Notes: generated by a model not told the origin, from the sequence alone. Counted from the stretch's first letter, positions 40,189 through 49,897 are shown. The stretch is 64,000 nucleotides of DNA from Longimicrobiales bacterium (GCA_965116905.1 OZ220732.1:1568001-1632000); one strand, 5' to 3'. A program made the numbers and translations.

Positions 40189-41256
40189 AGGTTCTACCTG
40201 GCCCCGTGGCTCGCCGCCAGCCTCGACTGCAGCACCACCTCGTGGTGACGCCGTACCCGGATCATCAGGCGATGGTTGACAGGATTGCTAGGTTCTGCGT
40301 AGGTCTTGCGGCCCTTTCGACGATCGCGGATCTACGGAAAACGGAGGTGTTCATTGGGTGCGTTTCTCCGCCAGATGGTCGATGCCCATACGGAAGTGAC
40401 GGGGTTTCTCCTGTCGGTGGCGACAGGCGGTACTAATCGGAGCCGTCTTCGGCACCACCGTTCGGATGGCGAGGCCGTGATTTCCGATCTTGCCACGACC
40501 ATTTCCGATCTCGGTACCGCGTCTGCTCGCGTCATCAAGAGGCAGTCGACCAAGACCGGCTCCTGAGCGGATGGCGCGTCGGCGGCGGAAGCGGACGAGT
40601 GCGGGACCGGATCTGCCAGCCGTCCAACCAGCCGATACGGCAGACAAGCCCGTCTCAGTCGAGCAGCCATCAGGGCCTTGAGCGTCGGGACGCTCCTCAC
40701 AAGTCTCGCCACTGTCGGCGGCGGCATCTACCTCGCGGCTCTCGGGCATATCTGGGGTGCCGGAATCGTTATTGCCGGTCCCCTTTTCACCGTGGTACTG
40801 GGGAGATCGAAGTCCCAGGAGGGGTAGAGATCGTATCCGACAATGGCGAGCGTGGCCGGCGGGTCCGGCAGTGCAGCTCGTCAGTCCGACCGGTCCAGCC
40901 GAAGCGCGACCGCGGCACGCGTCGAGGGCGGAGCCCCGGCTATGACCGGGCTGTCCGCAACCATGCCGCCGGCATCTTCCGCCCCACGCAGCTGAAGGAA
41001 GTCGACTGCCGCAAGCACGTGCGCACGCGGTGTTTCCCCGTTTGGCTCGGCGGGACCATTGAAGAAGGACCTCAGTGCCTGTCACGCACCATCCAGATCA
41101 CCGGTCAGGTGTCGGCTGCGGACCAGACTATAGAGCTGCCGAAGGGACATGGTGACCGGTGGGCCGTGGACATGTACTGCCGGCGCAGTTCGGCTTAGCA
41201 GCGCCGACCGGGACGCCCACTGGCGGGTCTCTAGCGATTTGCCTTCGCTTCCGCCG

Positions 41257-41346
41257 GTTTTTCTGGTCGTTTTCTGGCGGTTAGTCTTCGCTTCTGGCTG
41301 TTTTCTGGCCGTCTTCTGGCCGTTTTCTGGTCGTTTTCTGGTCGTT
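41257..41346. repeat. Imperfect 11-bp tandem repeat (GTTTTCTGGYC)
   Basis: Four contiguous units at 41300-41343 plus 2-3 degenerate units upstream. Confidence 0.75.
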
Positions 41347-41505
41347 ACGGCTGCCTGCCGGGTCTCGCGGTCTCCGGACCGCCAGAAACGGGAGGTGATG
41401 AGCGTCCGGATGCCGCGGGAACTCGACTTGAGCGGTTGCGCGACATCGCGGTCGCGACGGAAGGAGCCTCCAGGAGCGATATGGTCCGAGGCGCTAGTGA
41501 ACGAG

Positions 41506-42213
41506 TCACTCGTCCTTTGCGACATTGTTCTGGTACACGATCTCGCCATCACGCCGGAACAGCAGCCCCTGAAACGGATCCGGAAGGCTCGACAGCCCGT
41601 GTCCGGCGGACGCCTTGCCCAGAAAGATCCGGTCGCCGCCATCGCCCACTTCAATGCCCACCTCACCGGTCAGGTCGTCCAGGAACAACACGAGCCCCTC
41701 GGTGATGCGATCCGAATCGAGGCCCAGCGTGACGCGATAGGTGCCGTCGATGTCGAGCAGGCCATAGCCCATACGCTCGAATCCCTCGGCGTCGTTGATC
41801 ACCATGCCCGTGCTCGGTCCGATGCGCTTGCCGATGTTCGGATCGGGTTTCGGGTCGCCGAGGGCAATCCGGTCGAAGCCGTCCTCGCTCAGGATGAGGA
41901 TGCCGTTGGTCGAGTGGTTGTAGTCCTGATACCAACCCATATACTCTTCCGAAAAGCGGGGTCCCCAGAGCTCCCGCACCCTGGATTCGTCGGTGCGGAC
42001 CCGGTTGGCCGCCTCGGGAATCGGAGCGCCGATAAGAATCCTCTCGCGTCCGGCGTCGTCCTCGATAATCAGTCCGCGCGCGCGCAACACGCCGTCGGTA
42101 TCCGGCCCGCTTCCGCTCCTGAAGAACAGGACGACCAATGCAACGGTAATGAGGGCGGCGTAGGCCTGGAGCCAACGGATCGCGCGTTTCAGTCGTTCGG
42201 GACTCTCGCTCAT
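41506..42213 (-). CDS. Hypothetical membrane-anchored protein
   Basis: N-terminal TM; LRARGLIIEDDAGRERILIG; GGAG RBS. Confidence 0.7.
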   Translation of the reverse strand: MSESPERLKRAIRWLQAYAALITVALVVLFFRSGSGPDTDGVLRARGLIIEDDAGRERILIGAPIPEAANRVRTDESRVRELWGPRFSEEYMGWYQDYNHSTNGILILSEDGFDRIALGDPKPDPNIGKRIGPSTGMVINDAEGFERMGYGLLDIDGTYRVTLGLDSDRITEGLVLFLDDLTGEVGIEVGDGGDRIFLGKASAGHGLSSLPDPFQGLLFRRDGEIVYQNNVAKDE

Positions 42214-42307
42214 GGAACTCTCCTTGGGGGTCGGTGCCCTTCCTTGCCGAGGGAGATCTCGACATTCCTACGGCTTGCGGACACGGGCGTTGGCCGAATG
42301 GTTGCAC

Positions 42308-42465
42308 ATGAGTCGCGCGACCGGCCGATCGTCGTTCCGCTTGCCCTCGAGGTTGACGCCCAACCAGACGAAGCCGTCACCGGGGCGTTATCCGGCGCTC
42401 CATTGGACACCTTCGTTGCCGTCCGAGATGCCCAGGACGCCACGGAATGGGCTGCCGAAGTCCCT
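42308..42465 (-). pseudogene. Degenerate internal fragment of the 28361-29128 gene family
   Basis: Aligns with 28788-28945; TAC changed to an in-frame TAA stop. Confidence 0.85.
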
Positions 42466-42782
42466 CAACCCCCTTCGTATCGTTCCCTTTCACTCGCGCG
42501 CGCGGAGTGGACCACGTCTACGATGGTCACGGTGTTGGCGGACTCGTCTACGAAATAGTAGAGGACGTGCCGCATGACAGACCGGGCGCGGATACGCACG
42601 CCCTCGAATTCGCCCACGAGAGGAAACGCGTATGGGTGGGTCTCGAGGGTGACCGTGCTATCCGTGACCGTGCCCAACCAGTCGGCGGCTCGGCCCCGGC
42701 TGGCTTCCTCGGCGATGTAACGAGTCACCTGCTTCGCCGATTCCAGCGCCCTCGCGGAAAAGACGACCTCATATCTGCTCAC
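42465..42782 (-). CDS. RelE/ParE family toxin
   Basis: YEVVFSARALE..YIAEE..A..W..LETHP..HVLYYFVDE..VTIVDVVHSAR. Confidence 0.85.
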   Translation of the reverse strand: MSRYEVVFSARALESAKQVTRYIAEEASRGRAADWLGTVTDSTVTLETHPYAFPLVGEFEGVRIRARSVMRHVLYYFVDESANTVTIVDVVHSARASERERYEGG

Positions 42783-43057
42783 AACTCCAGACCAAGCTCC
42801 TCCGCCAGGTCACGGATCGCCTCTCTTGCGGGTATTCCCGGCTCTCCAGCTCTGTGGGCTCGGATCGCCTCGCGCCAGATATGCCCGCGCTCGGCCGAAT
42901 GGACCAGGAAGTCGTAGCGCTCGGGACTCATGACCACCATGGCGGCCTGGCCATTCTGGGTGATCGTCTCCACCCGCCCCTCCCGAATCCGGCTCAGGTG
43001 CTCGCTCGTGCGTTGGCGAAAATCGCTCAGCGAATAGGTGTCTTGAGTGCGGTGCAT
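42779..43057 (-). CDS. Phd/YefM family antitoxin
   Basis: SLSDFRQ..ITQNGQAAMVVMSPERY; ATGA overlap with the toxin. Confidence 0.85.
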   Translation of the reverse strand: MHRTQDTYSLSDFRQRTSEHLSRIREGRVETITQNGQAAMVVMSPERYDFLVHSAERGHIWREAIRAHRAGEPGIPAREAIRDLAEELGLEL

Positions 43058-43183
43058 GTCAGCCTCCATATGCTATTCGGACTCAATTCAGTATGGGTTG
43101 ACTGGCTTCGCCTGTCTAGTCTGGAGGCCCGCCAAAGAGCGACGGCGGCGAGACCTTGATCGAGTGCGCCACGGGCGACGAGT

Positions 43184-44029
43184 TCATCGAGCGCGTGCGG
43201 ATGGGTTGACCGGCCGCAGCTCCCCCAGCGGCACATAATAGCGGATGTACCGCCGTCCGTCGGACCAGAGTTCGCCCGTCGCATCGTTGACCAGCACGGT
43301 GGCGCGCTTCGTAACCCGGTTGACGCGCCCTTGCAGCCGCGTTCCCCGGTAGCGGAACGTCACTTGGGTGCCGACGCTGATTCCGAGGGTGGCGGCGCGC
43401 TCGGTGCGGGTGATCAGCTGGTGCGTGTGGGCTCGGTGGAGAAACAGTCGGGATGCGATGTCCTGGAAACGCGCCTGGCTGCAATGGCTCTCGCCCCAGC
43501 ACAACCACTCCGCGAGGTGGACGAGTTCGTGCTCGAACAACCGCTGCAACGCATCCAGCCGGTGGCGGCAGGGCAGACCGCAGACCGTAACCTCCGGATC
43601 GCCGGCCGCGAAGCCGTCAAAGAGGATGGAAGCGGCCACGGCGATCTCGAAGCGGGCGACGCCATCCGGGCCTTGCACGCGCGTCGTCTTCCCGCCCGCG
43701 CGCGTCATCCGATCGGAAAGGCGGAACGTCACCCCGTCCGGCCCGAGCAGTTTCCTGCAGAGCCCGTTCAGGAAACGTGCGTCGTAGGCGTCGAACAGAA
43801 ACGAGAGATCGTCGGGATGAAGGCTCGTGAAATCGGGTTCGCGGGCGTAGGGCGACGCGTGGAGGAGACGCTGCCCGATATCGCGCGTCCAACTCCGGCT
43901 CCGGGCCGCACCCGGATCGTGCGCCAGCAGAACGCGAGCGAGTGACTGCAACGCCTCGCTGCGATCCGCCGTCGATCGCAGCCGCGGTGACCCTTCGACC
44001 CGTCCGCGCTTCGAGCATGAGGTCCTCAT
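43184..44029 (-). CDS. SprT-like zinc metalloprotease family protein (start uncertain)
   Basis: RMTRAGGKT, HELVH (HExxH), downstream His and F..IA motif. Confidence 0.7.
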   Translation of the reverse strand: MRTSCSKRGRVEGSPRLRSTADRSEALQSLARVLLAHDPGAARSRSWTRDIGQRLLHASPYAREPDFTSLHPDDLSFLFDAYDARFLNGLCRKLLGPDGVTFRLSDRMTRAGGKTTRVQGPDGVARFEIAVAASILFDGFAAGDPEVTVCGLPCRHRLDALQRLFEHELVHLAEWLCWGESHCSQARFQDIASRLFLHRAHTHQLITRTERAATLGISVGTQVTFRYRGTRLQGRVNRVTKRATVLVNDATGELWSDGRRYIRYYVPLGELRPVNPSARAR

Positions 44030-44106
44030 CCGAAGCTGTTTCGGTCGCCGAAGCGGGTGGTGGTCGCCATGGACGAATCTAGTCCCAATGGTCCCACTTG
44101 CTCAAA

Positions 44107-44123
44107 GTGCGGCACTGCCGCAC
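44107..44123. promoter_or_regulatory. Perfect palindrome, probable antitoxin operator
   Basis: GTGCGGCA-C-TGCCGCAC upstream of the HTH gene. Confidence 0.6.
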
Positions 44124-44155
44124 ATTCCGCGGTGCAAGAAGGAGGAACGGAACCG

Positions 44156-44461
44156 ATGACAACCGGACGAACGGATCTGGGACGCGAGGTGGAAGCGGCC
44201 CTTGGCGAAGTGCTCGCCCATGTGCGAGGAGAAAGGTCGCTCCCCTGCCGAATCGTCGATGATCCCGCTGCGGAGCATATCGTGGCAATCCGCAAGCGCA
44301 TGAAGCTCAGCCGCCAGAGATTCGCGGACCGGTTCGGTCTCGATGCGCGGGCGGTACAGGAGTGGGAACAGGGACGGCGCGTCCCGGACCGGGCGGCTCG
44401 GGTTCTGTTGACCGTCATCGACCGCGATCCCGACGCCGTGGTGCGGGCCCTGGCTGAATGA
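44156..44461 (+). CDS. XRE-family HTH antitoxin (HigA-like), orphan
   Basis: IRKRMKLSRQRFADRFGL..VQEWEQGRRVPD.AARVLL; AAGGAGG RBS. Confidence 0.85.
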   Translation: MTTGRTDLGREVEAALGEVLAHVRGERSLPCRIVDDPAAEHIVAIRKRMKLSRQRFADRFGLDARAVQEWEQGRRVPDRAARVLLTVIDRDPDAVVRALAE

Positions 44462-44527
44462 TTTGTCGCTCATATCACGGCCAATATGATCGACAAAATG
44501 TCTTGCCGATCACGCATGATCACCAAA
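44462..44527 (-). repeat. 66-bp four-half-site element, copy A (inverted)
   Basis: Same 11-4-11-4-11-14-11 architecture as 54999-55064 and 56277-56342. Confidence 0.8.
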
Positions 44528-44568
44528 ACAGGCAGTCCTGCCAACAGGGTGCAGGGAAGTGCTCCCTC

Positions 44569-45210
44569 TCAGGGGTCCCGGTTTGAGCGCCACCCGGCAT
44601 TGGACGCCCACGCATCGCGGGCGTCTGCGTACGCCTGGTAGTCTGCCGGAGGTCGCTCTCCCTCGGCGGTCGCCCGGCTCCGGGCAGCCTCGATCTGTTC
44701 CTCCAGCGGCGGGAGGCCAACGGCGTCGCGGCGTTCTGCAAGCCTCTGCGGGTCTTCCACTTCGCCGGGCGAGAGACTGCCGTCGGCGTCCCAATCGAAT
44801 TGCGTGCCGTAGCGTTGCGGGCGCCCCTCGAAGAATCGGATCCGGTCCTCCAGCATCGCGGCGTGCCTGGGATCCGCCTTCCCTTCTCGCGCCGCGGCCG
44901 TGAGGAGCGGCAGTGCGCGCCGGAGCAGGTCGGGCTCCGAGATCGCGTGCTGGAGTATCAGCCAGGCGGCCTCTGCTCCATCCGGACCGACCAGATCGGC
45001 ACCTGGCCATCCGACCGACTCGATGATGCCCCGAAGGCGCTTGGCGTTGCGTTGGTGGATCCGAGCCATCCGAGGCTCATAGCCGGTTTCGAAGAGGGCG
45101 CCCGAGGCTGCGAGTTCGGCCCGCGCCGACCGGTCCAGCCGTGCCATGTCCAGGAGATCGCGCCGCAGGGCCAGGGACCGGCTCGACGCGCTTCTCGGGG
45201 GGCCTCGCAA
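44569..45210 (-). CDS. DUF6624-like protein
   Basis: GWPG..VG..GA.AAWLILQHA, AMLEDR...PQRYGTQ. Confidence 0.75.
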   Translation of the reverse strand: MRGPPRSASSRSLALRRDLLDMARLDRSARAELAASGALFETGYEPRMARIHQRNAKRLRGIIESVGWPGADLVGPDGAEAAWLILQHAISEPDLLRRALPLLTAAAREGKADPRHAAMLEDRIRFFEGRPQRYGTQFDWDADGSLSPGEVEDPQRLAERRDAVGLPPLEEQIEAARSRATAEGERPPADYQAYADARDAWASNAGWRSNRDP

Positions 45211-45213
45211 AGC

Positions 45214-45450
45214 CTACCGGCTCTCTTCGGGCTCATCCCAGGTCTGGGCCCAGAACTCGTCCTCCTCGGCCCGCACTCGCTCCATATCCAGGGGGTCGAC
45301 GTCTTCCGCGTCTACGCGGCCGACAGTCTCGATCTGACGGACGACCTCATCCGTCACCCCGCTTCGGGCCTGACGACGCAGCCGATGTCGTACCCTCCAG
45401 CCGGCAACGGCCACGAGCGCCGCGAGCGCCACGAACAGGTATCCGGTCAC
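45214..45450 (-). CDS. Small membrane protein
   Basis: N-terminal TM, acidic tail, AAGGAG RBS. Confidence 0.6.
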   Translation of the reverse strand: MTGYLFVALAALVAVAGWRVRHRLRRQARSGVTDEVVRQIETVGRVDAEDVDPLDMERVRAEEDEFWAQTWDEPEESR

Positions 45451-45516
45451 TGGGCCTCACGACTCCTTGTTCGAGAAAGCTGCGGGTGGCCCGCCGGCCC
45501 TTTAACATAGGATCCC

Positions 45517-46827
45517 ATGAAGTTGATGTCCGTCGGAACCACCGGTCGCATCGCAGTCTTCGCTGTCACTGCGGCGGTGACGACCACCGCCTGCGGACCC
45601 TCCCCGCCAGGCGAGCTCGCATCGCCGAACCAGGTCGAGGACAGCGCCGGCGTCGTCATCGTCGAGAACGCCCGTCCAGCGCTGGATTCGCGCCTGGGCT
45701 GGGAGGTCAGCCCGGAGCCCAGCCTGTCGACCGGGACCGCGGAGGGCACCGATGACTTCCAGCTTCACCGGGTCGACGATGCGCTCAGGCTGAACGACGG
45801 GCGGATCGTAGTCGCCAACGGAGGATCTCATGAGCTCCTGGTCTTCGACGAGGCGGGCAACTACCTGACGGCGTGGGGACAGCGCGGCGAGGGTCCCGGC
45901 GACTTCGGCGGCTCACCGGGCCACGATGGTTTGAGTGCCGGTCTCTTGACGATGGGTCGTTGGCCGGGGGACTCGCTGGCCGTGTGTCACGGTGGACCGC
46001 CGGTGGGACCGAAGCACTTCATGTCCGTCCTGGACACGCGGGGACGCCATGGTCGCAGACTCGATCTGGCTCGCGACGAAGTTGTACCCATTTGTCGCGA
46101 TCTGCTGCCGGGCGGAGCAATCCTGGCCAGTCGCTCCCTCGGGCCATCCCCTCCCCACCCGCCCGAGGACCCGGAGAAGGGCCTCTACCGCCAGGAGTTG
46201 GAACTGTTCATCGTCTCGGGAGACGGCCTGTCTCACGTTTCGCTCGGTCCACACCCCGGCGCCGAGACCTTCTGGCACTGGGAAGACGCCATCTGGGACG
46301 GCACCGCATTCACGATCATGCAACCGCCATTCCAGAAGTCGCTGGTGTGGGCCGCCTGGGGCGAACTCGTCGTCGTCGCCGCCACGGAACGCTACGAACT
46401 CAAAGCCTACCGGCAGGACGGGTCACTGGCGCGGATCGTGCGGCGCCAAAACGACGCTCGAAGTCCCACGCAAGCCGACCTGGACGGCTACCGGGCGGCC
46501 GAAGCACCCGAGGGGGAGCTGACCAACTTCGCCCGCAACCGCCTGGCCGCCTGGAACGCCCTCCCACTCGCCGAATCCTTCCCGGCCATCTCCGCCATCG
46601 AGGTGGATCTTCTCGACAACCTCTGGGTCCGCGAACATAACCTCCCCGGCGAGGAAGGCCGGGCTCTCTGGACCGTTTTCGACCCCGACGGCCTCGCTGT
46701 CGGATTCGTCGAGACGCCTCCGGAACTGGTCATCTACGAGATCGGCGACGACTACATCCTGGGCATGGTCAGGGATGAGCTGGGGGTGGAGTACGTGCAG
46801 GTCTGGGGGTTGGGTCGGTCCGGTTAG
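45517..46827 (+). CDS. 6-bladed beta-propeller-type lipoprotein
   Basis: Lipobox-like TTAC; DSAGVVIVEN, GQRGEGPGDF, WTVFDPDG, RDELGVEYV. Confidence 0.75.
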   Translation: MKLMSVGTTGRIAVFAVTAAVTTTACGPSPPGELASPNQVEDSAGVVIVENARPALDSRLGWEVSPEPSLSTGTAEGTDDFQLHRVDDALRLNDGRIVVANGGSHELLVFDEAGNYLTAWGQRGEGPGDFGGSPGHDGLSAGLLTMGRWPGDSLAVCHGGPPVGPKHFMSVLDTRGRHGRRLDLARDEVVPICRDLLPGGAILASRSLGPSPPHPPEDPEKGLYRQELELFIVSGDGLSHVSLGPHPGAETFWHWEDAIWDGTAFTIMQPPFQKSLVWAAWGELVVVAATERYELKAYRQDGSLARIVRRQNDARSPTQADLDGYRAAEAPEGELTNFARNRLAAWNALPLAESFPAISAIEVDLLDNLWVREHNLPGEEGRALWTVFDPDGLAVGFVETPPELVIYEIGDDYILGMVRDELGVEYVQVWGLGRSG

Positions 46828-46863
46828 TCGGCCATGTCCCAAGGCTTGCAGCGACCGTCACCC

Positions 46864-47240
46864 TCACCGACCGCGATGCCCTTCACGCGCCAGGCGGCGG
46901 ACCTCGTGCTTGTCGCGGCTGAGTGCAAGCCGCTGGTACAGGGAGCTGTTCAACTGTCCCTTGAGTTCTCGGACGCTCCAGCCGTTGTCGGCGGCCTCGA
47001 TCTCGTAGAAGCCGCGGGCGTCGGGGTCGGTTACCGACAGCAGGGTGACGTAGTGGGACCAGCCGAGGGTGAACCGTGCAAACAGCTCCTTGGACGCCGA
47101 CGGCAGCATCTCGGAAAGGCCCTGTCCCGATACCCGAGATTTCGCAGACGGTGTCTGCGGAATGTGTGCGGCAGCAGAAATCGGAGACACTGTCTGCGAT
47201 TTCCCGGCGTGCGGCATCGTCTCGTTGAATTGCAGAAAAA
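46864..47240 (-). pseudogene. DUF1016/YhcG family fragment
   Basis: LGWSHYVTLL..AR.FYEIEA..NGWSVREL..Q..SSLYQRLALSRDK; N-terminus and nuclease C-terminus missing. Confidence 0.8.
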
Positions 47241-47270
47241 AGCGTTGTCGATAGTATCAATAATGCTATT

Positions 47271-47387
47271 ATGAAATGACGAACACTGCTGGCCGCACCC
47301 GACGAATTCCGTAGGAACCCAGCGGGCGTTCGCTACCAGGTGCGCCAGGTCATTCGGGCAGTCGAGAGACTGGAGGACATGCAGTGA
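47271..47387 (+). pseudogene. HicA-like toxin remnant with internal deletion
   Basis: ATG AAA TGA, then RRNPAGVR joined directly to YQVRQVIRAVERLE; stop overlaps the hicB start. Confidence 0.65.
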
Positions 47388-47710
47388 TGGATCACTACAC
47401 CTACCGCATCACTTGGTCCGCCCAGGACGCGGAACATGTAGGCCTCTGCGCCGAGTTCCCGTCGTTGAGTTGGCTGGCGGCCAACCCGGCCGAAGCCCTG
47501 TCGGGCATCCAACGCCTCGTGGCCGACTGCGTGGACGACATGCGGACCAATGGCGAGCCAGTCCCGGAGCCGATGGCGGCCAGGGCCTACAGCGGGAAGT
47601 TCATGGTACGGGTGCCGCCGGAGACGCACCGTGCCCTGGCCATACGAGCGGCGGAGCAGGGAGTGAGCATGAATCGCCTGGTGAGTGCTCGGCTGGCGAG
47701 GGAAGGCTAG
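47387..47710 (+). CDS. hicB: HicB family antitoxin
   Basis: YTYRITWS.D.EHVGLCAEFPSLSWLA; YSGKFMVRVPPETHR.LAI.AAEQGVS. Confidence 0.88.
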   Translation: MDHYTYRITWSAQDAEHVGLCAEFPSLSWLAANPAEALSGIQRLVADCVDDMRTNGEPVPEPMAARAYSGKFMVRVPPETHRALAIRAAEQGVSMNRLVSARLAREG

Positions 47711-47910
47711 AGACGACCGCGACAACGAGGCGGGTGACGTAGTGAGGCGGGTGATGGTATGCTATCATAATGATCGCAAAATGATAGCGAATGTGTGGGC
47801 CAACCCCATCCTTCCCCCGCTGCCGGGCTCCGCAGCCCCGCTGATCCCTTACACGAGACGCCGGCAGCGAGGTACACGTCTCCCTCTCCTCCCAATCCCC
47901 TCCCCCCGCC

Positions 47911-49341
47911 TCAACCCACCTCTACCGCGCCAATCTCGCCCGCCGCCCGAACGCCGGACAGAAACGCCCCGTGCACAGTCGCCGGGTGGTCCGGATCCGT
48001 TGCCTCGCCCGCGAAGAACACCCTGTCGCCGATCGGCTCGCCCAGCGTCGCGTAGCGCGCGAACGAGGAACCGACGGGCACGTACGAATAGGATCCATGC
48101 GTCCACGGGTCGGAGCCCCAGCGCGTGACGAGCGCGTCCGTCGGCTGCGGCACGGTCCCGTACATGTCCGCGAGCGCCAGGGTGGCCTCGGCCACGATCT
48201 CCCGGTCGGTGAGGCTCTCGATCTCGGCGCCGTATGCGCCGGCGTTGAACATCATCAGGATCGGCTGGCCGGTGTACGGGTGAAGGCTGAGGGTCTCGGC
48301 CCATTGGCCCCTGTCCGCCCCTACGTACCCGATTGCCTCGACCCCCGGCTCCCAGAAGACGTCCTCGAACAGCAGGCAGGTCTTGTTGAGCACGCCCATC
48401 TTGAGGTCGGCGATCGCCCGGCGCTTGGCCGGCGGCAGCGGCGGCGAGAACGACACCAGCCCGTTCCTGAGGACGCCGAGGGGGAGCGTGACGACGACCC
48501 TGTCGGCCTCGAACCGTGCGCCCGCTGCCGTGGTCGCGAGGACGCGCGCTCCGCTGTGGTCGATCGCGGTCACGGCCTGCCCGAGCCTGACATCGAGACC
48601 GTCCGACAGCGCCTCGACGATCTGACCGTAGCCGCCCGGGAAGAGGACATCGCTGCCGCCGTACGCGCTGCCTCCGTCGACTCCTTCGAGCGAGAGGTCG
48701 GCCAGATCCGCGCCGTACTCGTGCTCGACGGTCGTGTTGAGCAGATGCTCCAGGTGCCGGCGCTGGGTGGTGGTGAGGGCGAGCGTTTCCACGTACTCGT
48801 CCAGGACGGATCGAAGGCTGGCGTGGGGTCGGGTCTCGGCAAGCGTCCAGAACCCGTCAAGGTCGGGGGTGTCGGAGGTGCGCGGGGCGCGGTCGTGGAA
48901 GTGCAGGACGGCGTTGTCCCAGTCGGTCGGGCGCGTCTCGATGCCGCTTTGGCGGGCGATGTCGGCGATCGGGTTCCCGCGGACGCCGTGAATCCACGAG
49001 GCACCGAGGTCGACGGGAACCGTGCCGCCGAGGGCTTCGGTCCAGATGCGCCCCCCGATTCGGTCGCGGGCCTCCAGGACGACGACGTTGCCGAACCCGC
49101 TGGCGCGAAGCTCGGACGCCGCGGCCAGGCCCGCGACTCCGGCGCCGATCACCAGGACGCGCTCGTCGGTGCGGGTGGGTGGGGGTGCGGTGCGGCGTTG
49201 GCGGGGCGACCGGTCGAAGGCGTCGCCACAGCCCGGCAGAGCCGAGATGGCGGGGCCCAGTCCCGCCGCGGCGAGTCCCGCCTTGATGAAGGTGCGACGT
49301 TCGATGATCGAGCCGCAGGTTCCCTGCTCGCTGGACTTCAT
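47911..49341 (-). CDS. Tat-exported flavin monoamine/polyamine oxidase family protein
   Basis: ERRTFIK Tat motif; GAGVAG, EARDRIGGR, DLGASWIHG, FAGEAT..TVHGA. Confidence 0.88.
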   Translation of the reverse strand: MKSSEQGTCGSIIERRTFIKAGLAAAGLGPAISALPGCGDAFDRSPRQRRTAPPPTRTDERVLVIGAGVAGLAAASELRASGFGNVVVLEARDRIGGRIWTEALGGTVPVDLGASWIHGVRGNPIADIARQSGIETRPTDWDNAVLHFHDRAPRTSDTPDLDGFWTLAETRPHASLRSVLDEYVETLALTTTQRRHLEHLLNTTVEHEYGADLADLSLEGVDGGSAYGGSDVLFPGGYGQIVEALSDGLDVRLGQAVTAIDHSGARVLATTAAGARFEADRVVVTLPLGVLRNGLVSFSPPLPPAKRRAIADLKMGVLNKTCLLFEDVFWEPGVEAIGYVGADRGQWAETLSLHPYTGQPILMMFNAGAYGAEIESLTDREIVAEATLALADMYGTVPQPTDALVTRWGSDPWTHGSYSYVPVGSSFARYATLGEPIGDRVFFAGEATDPDHPATVHGAFLSGVRAAGEIGAVEVG

Positions 49342-49613
49342 CTCTTCTCGGTCAACCGTCCTGCCAGAAACTTGTGGATGACGCTCGACAGCAGTGTCTG
49401 GTAAGGAATGCCCTCCTCGCGCGCCCGAGCGTGCGCTCGATTGAAGTCACGCTCCGTGACCCGCAGATTGACCCGCCGGGTCTTCTTGAATGTGTTGCGG
49501 GCCGCTTGAGGGGCGATCGCCATCTCGCGGTCAACGGCCGTTGCGGGCCGCAGTTCGTCCCGCTCGAACTTCTCGAGGATTTCCCGCTCTTCGGCGTTCA
49601 GTTGGTCTTTCAC
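49338..49613 (-). CDS. CopG/RHH-type antitoxin (BrnT partner)
   Basis: RVNLRV..D..AREEGIPYQTLLSSVIHKF; GTGA overlap with the toxin. Confidence 0.82.
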   Translation of the reverse strand: MKDQLNAEEREILEKFERDELRPATAVDREMAIAPQAARNTFKKTRRVNLRVTERDFNRAHARAREEGIPYQTLLSSVIHKFLAGRLTEKR

Positions 49614-49897
49614 GATGACTTCCTTTCTCTGTAGTCCCGCGTCGCCTTCCGACTGGGGATGATCGTCTTCAGGAACCGCGAACCGTCCGATCGCGTGACG
49701 AAGGGCACCAGGTAGATGTACTGCTCGATGTCGACCACGTAGATCATCTGTCCCCTGTACCGTTCCTGATTGGGGTGTTCGAGTACGTCTACCAACCCGC
49801 CCTGCTCGATCGCGGAGATGACTCGCTCGAACGAGATGCCGCGCTGCTCGACGAGTCGCTGATTCTTGTCCTCGTTCCAATCGAAACCGGATTCCAT
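49610..49897 (-). CDS. BrnT-family toxin
   Basis: FDWNEDKN..L..RGISFE, HPNQERY, FLKTIIPSRKAT. Confidence 0.82.
   Translation of the reverse strand: MESGFDWNEDKNQRLVEQRGISFERVISAIEQGGLVDVLEHPNQERYRGQMIYVVDIEQYIYLVPFVTRSDGSRFLKTIIPSRKATRDYRERKSS

Larger units (their letters stand above)
13750..40200. mobile_element. Putative horizontally acquired defence/accessory island (boundaries approximate; no integrase seen)
   Basis: Abrupt visible drop in GC and codon bias after coxL; cluster of nuclease, helicase, methyltransferase and TA genes. Confidence 0.55.

Noticed and set aside
40200..41200. ORFs in 40.2-41.2 kb (e.g. 40599-41198)
   Set aside because: No motif, start signal or codon bias that I can support; probably decayed sequence.
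47757..47792. GCTATCA-14 bp-TGATAGC palindrome as a fourth copy of the 66-bp element
   Set aside because: It shares the 14-bp spacer and an internal TGATCGCAAAA, but the half-sites differ and the 4-bp-spaced pair is absent; at most a relative.
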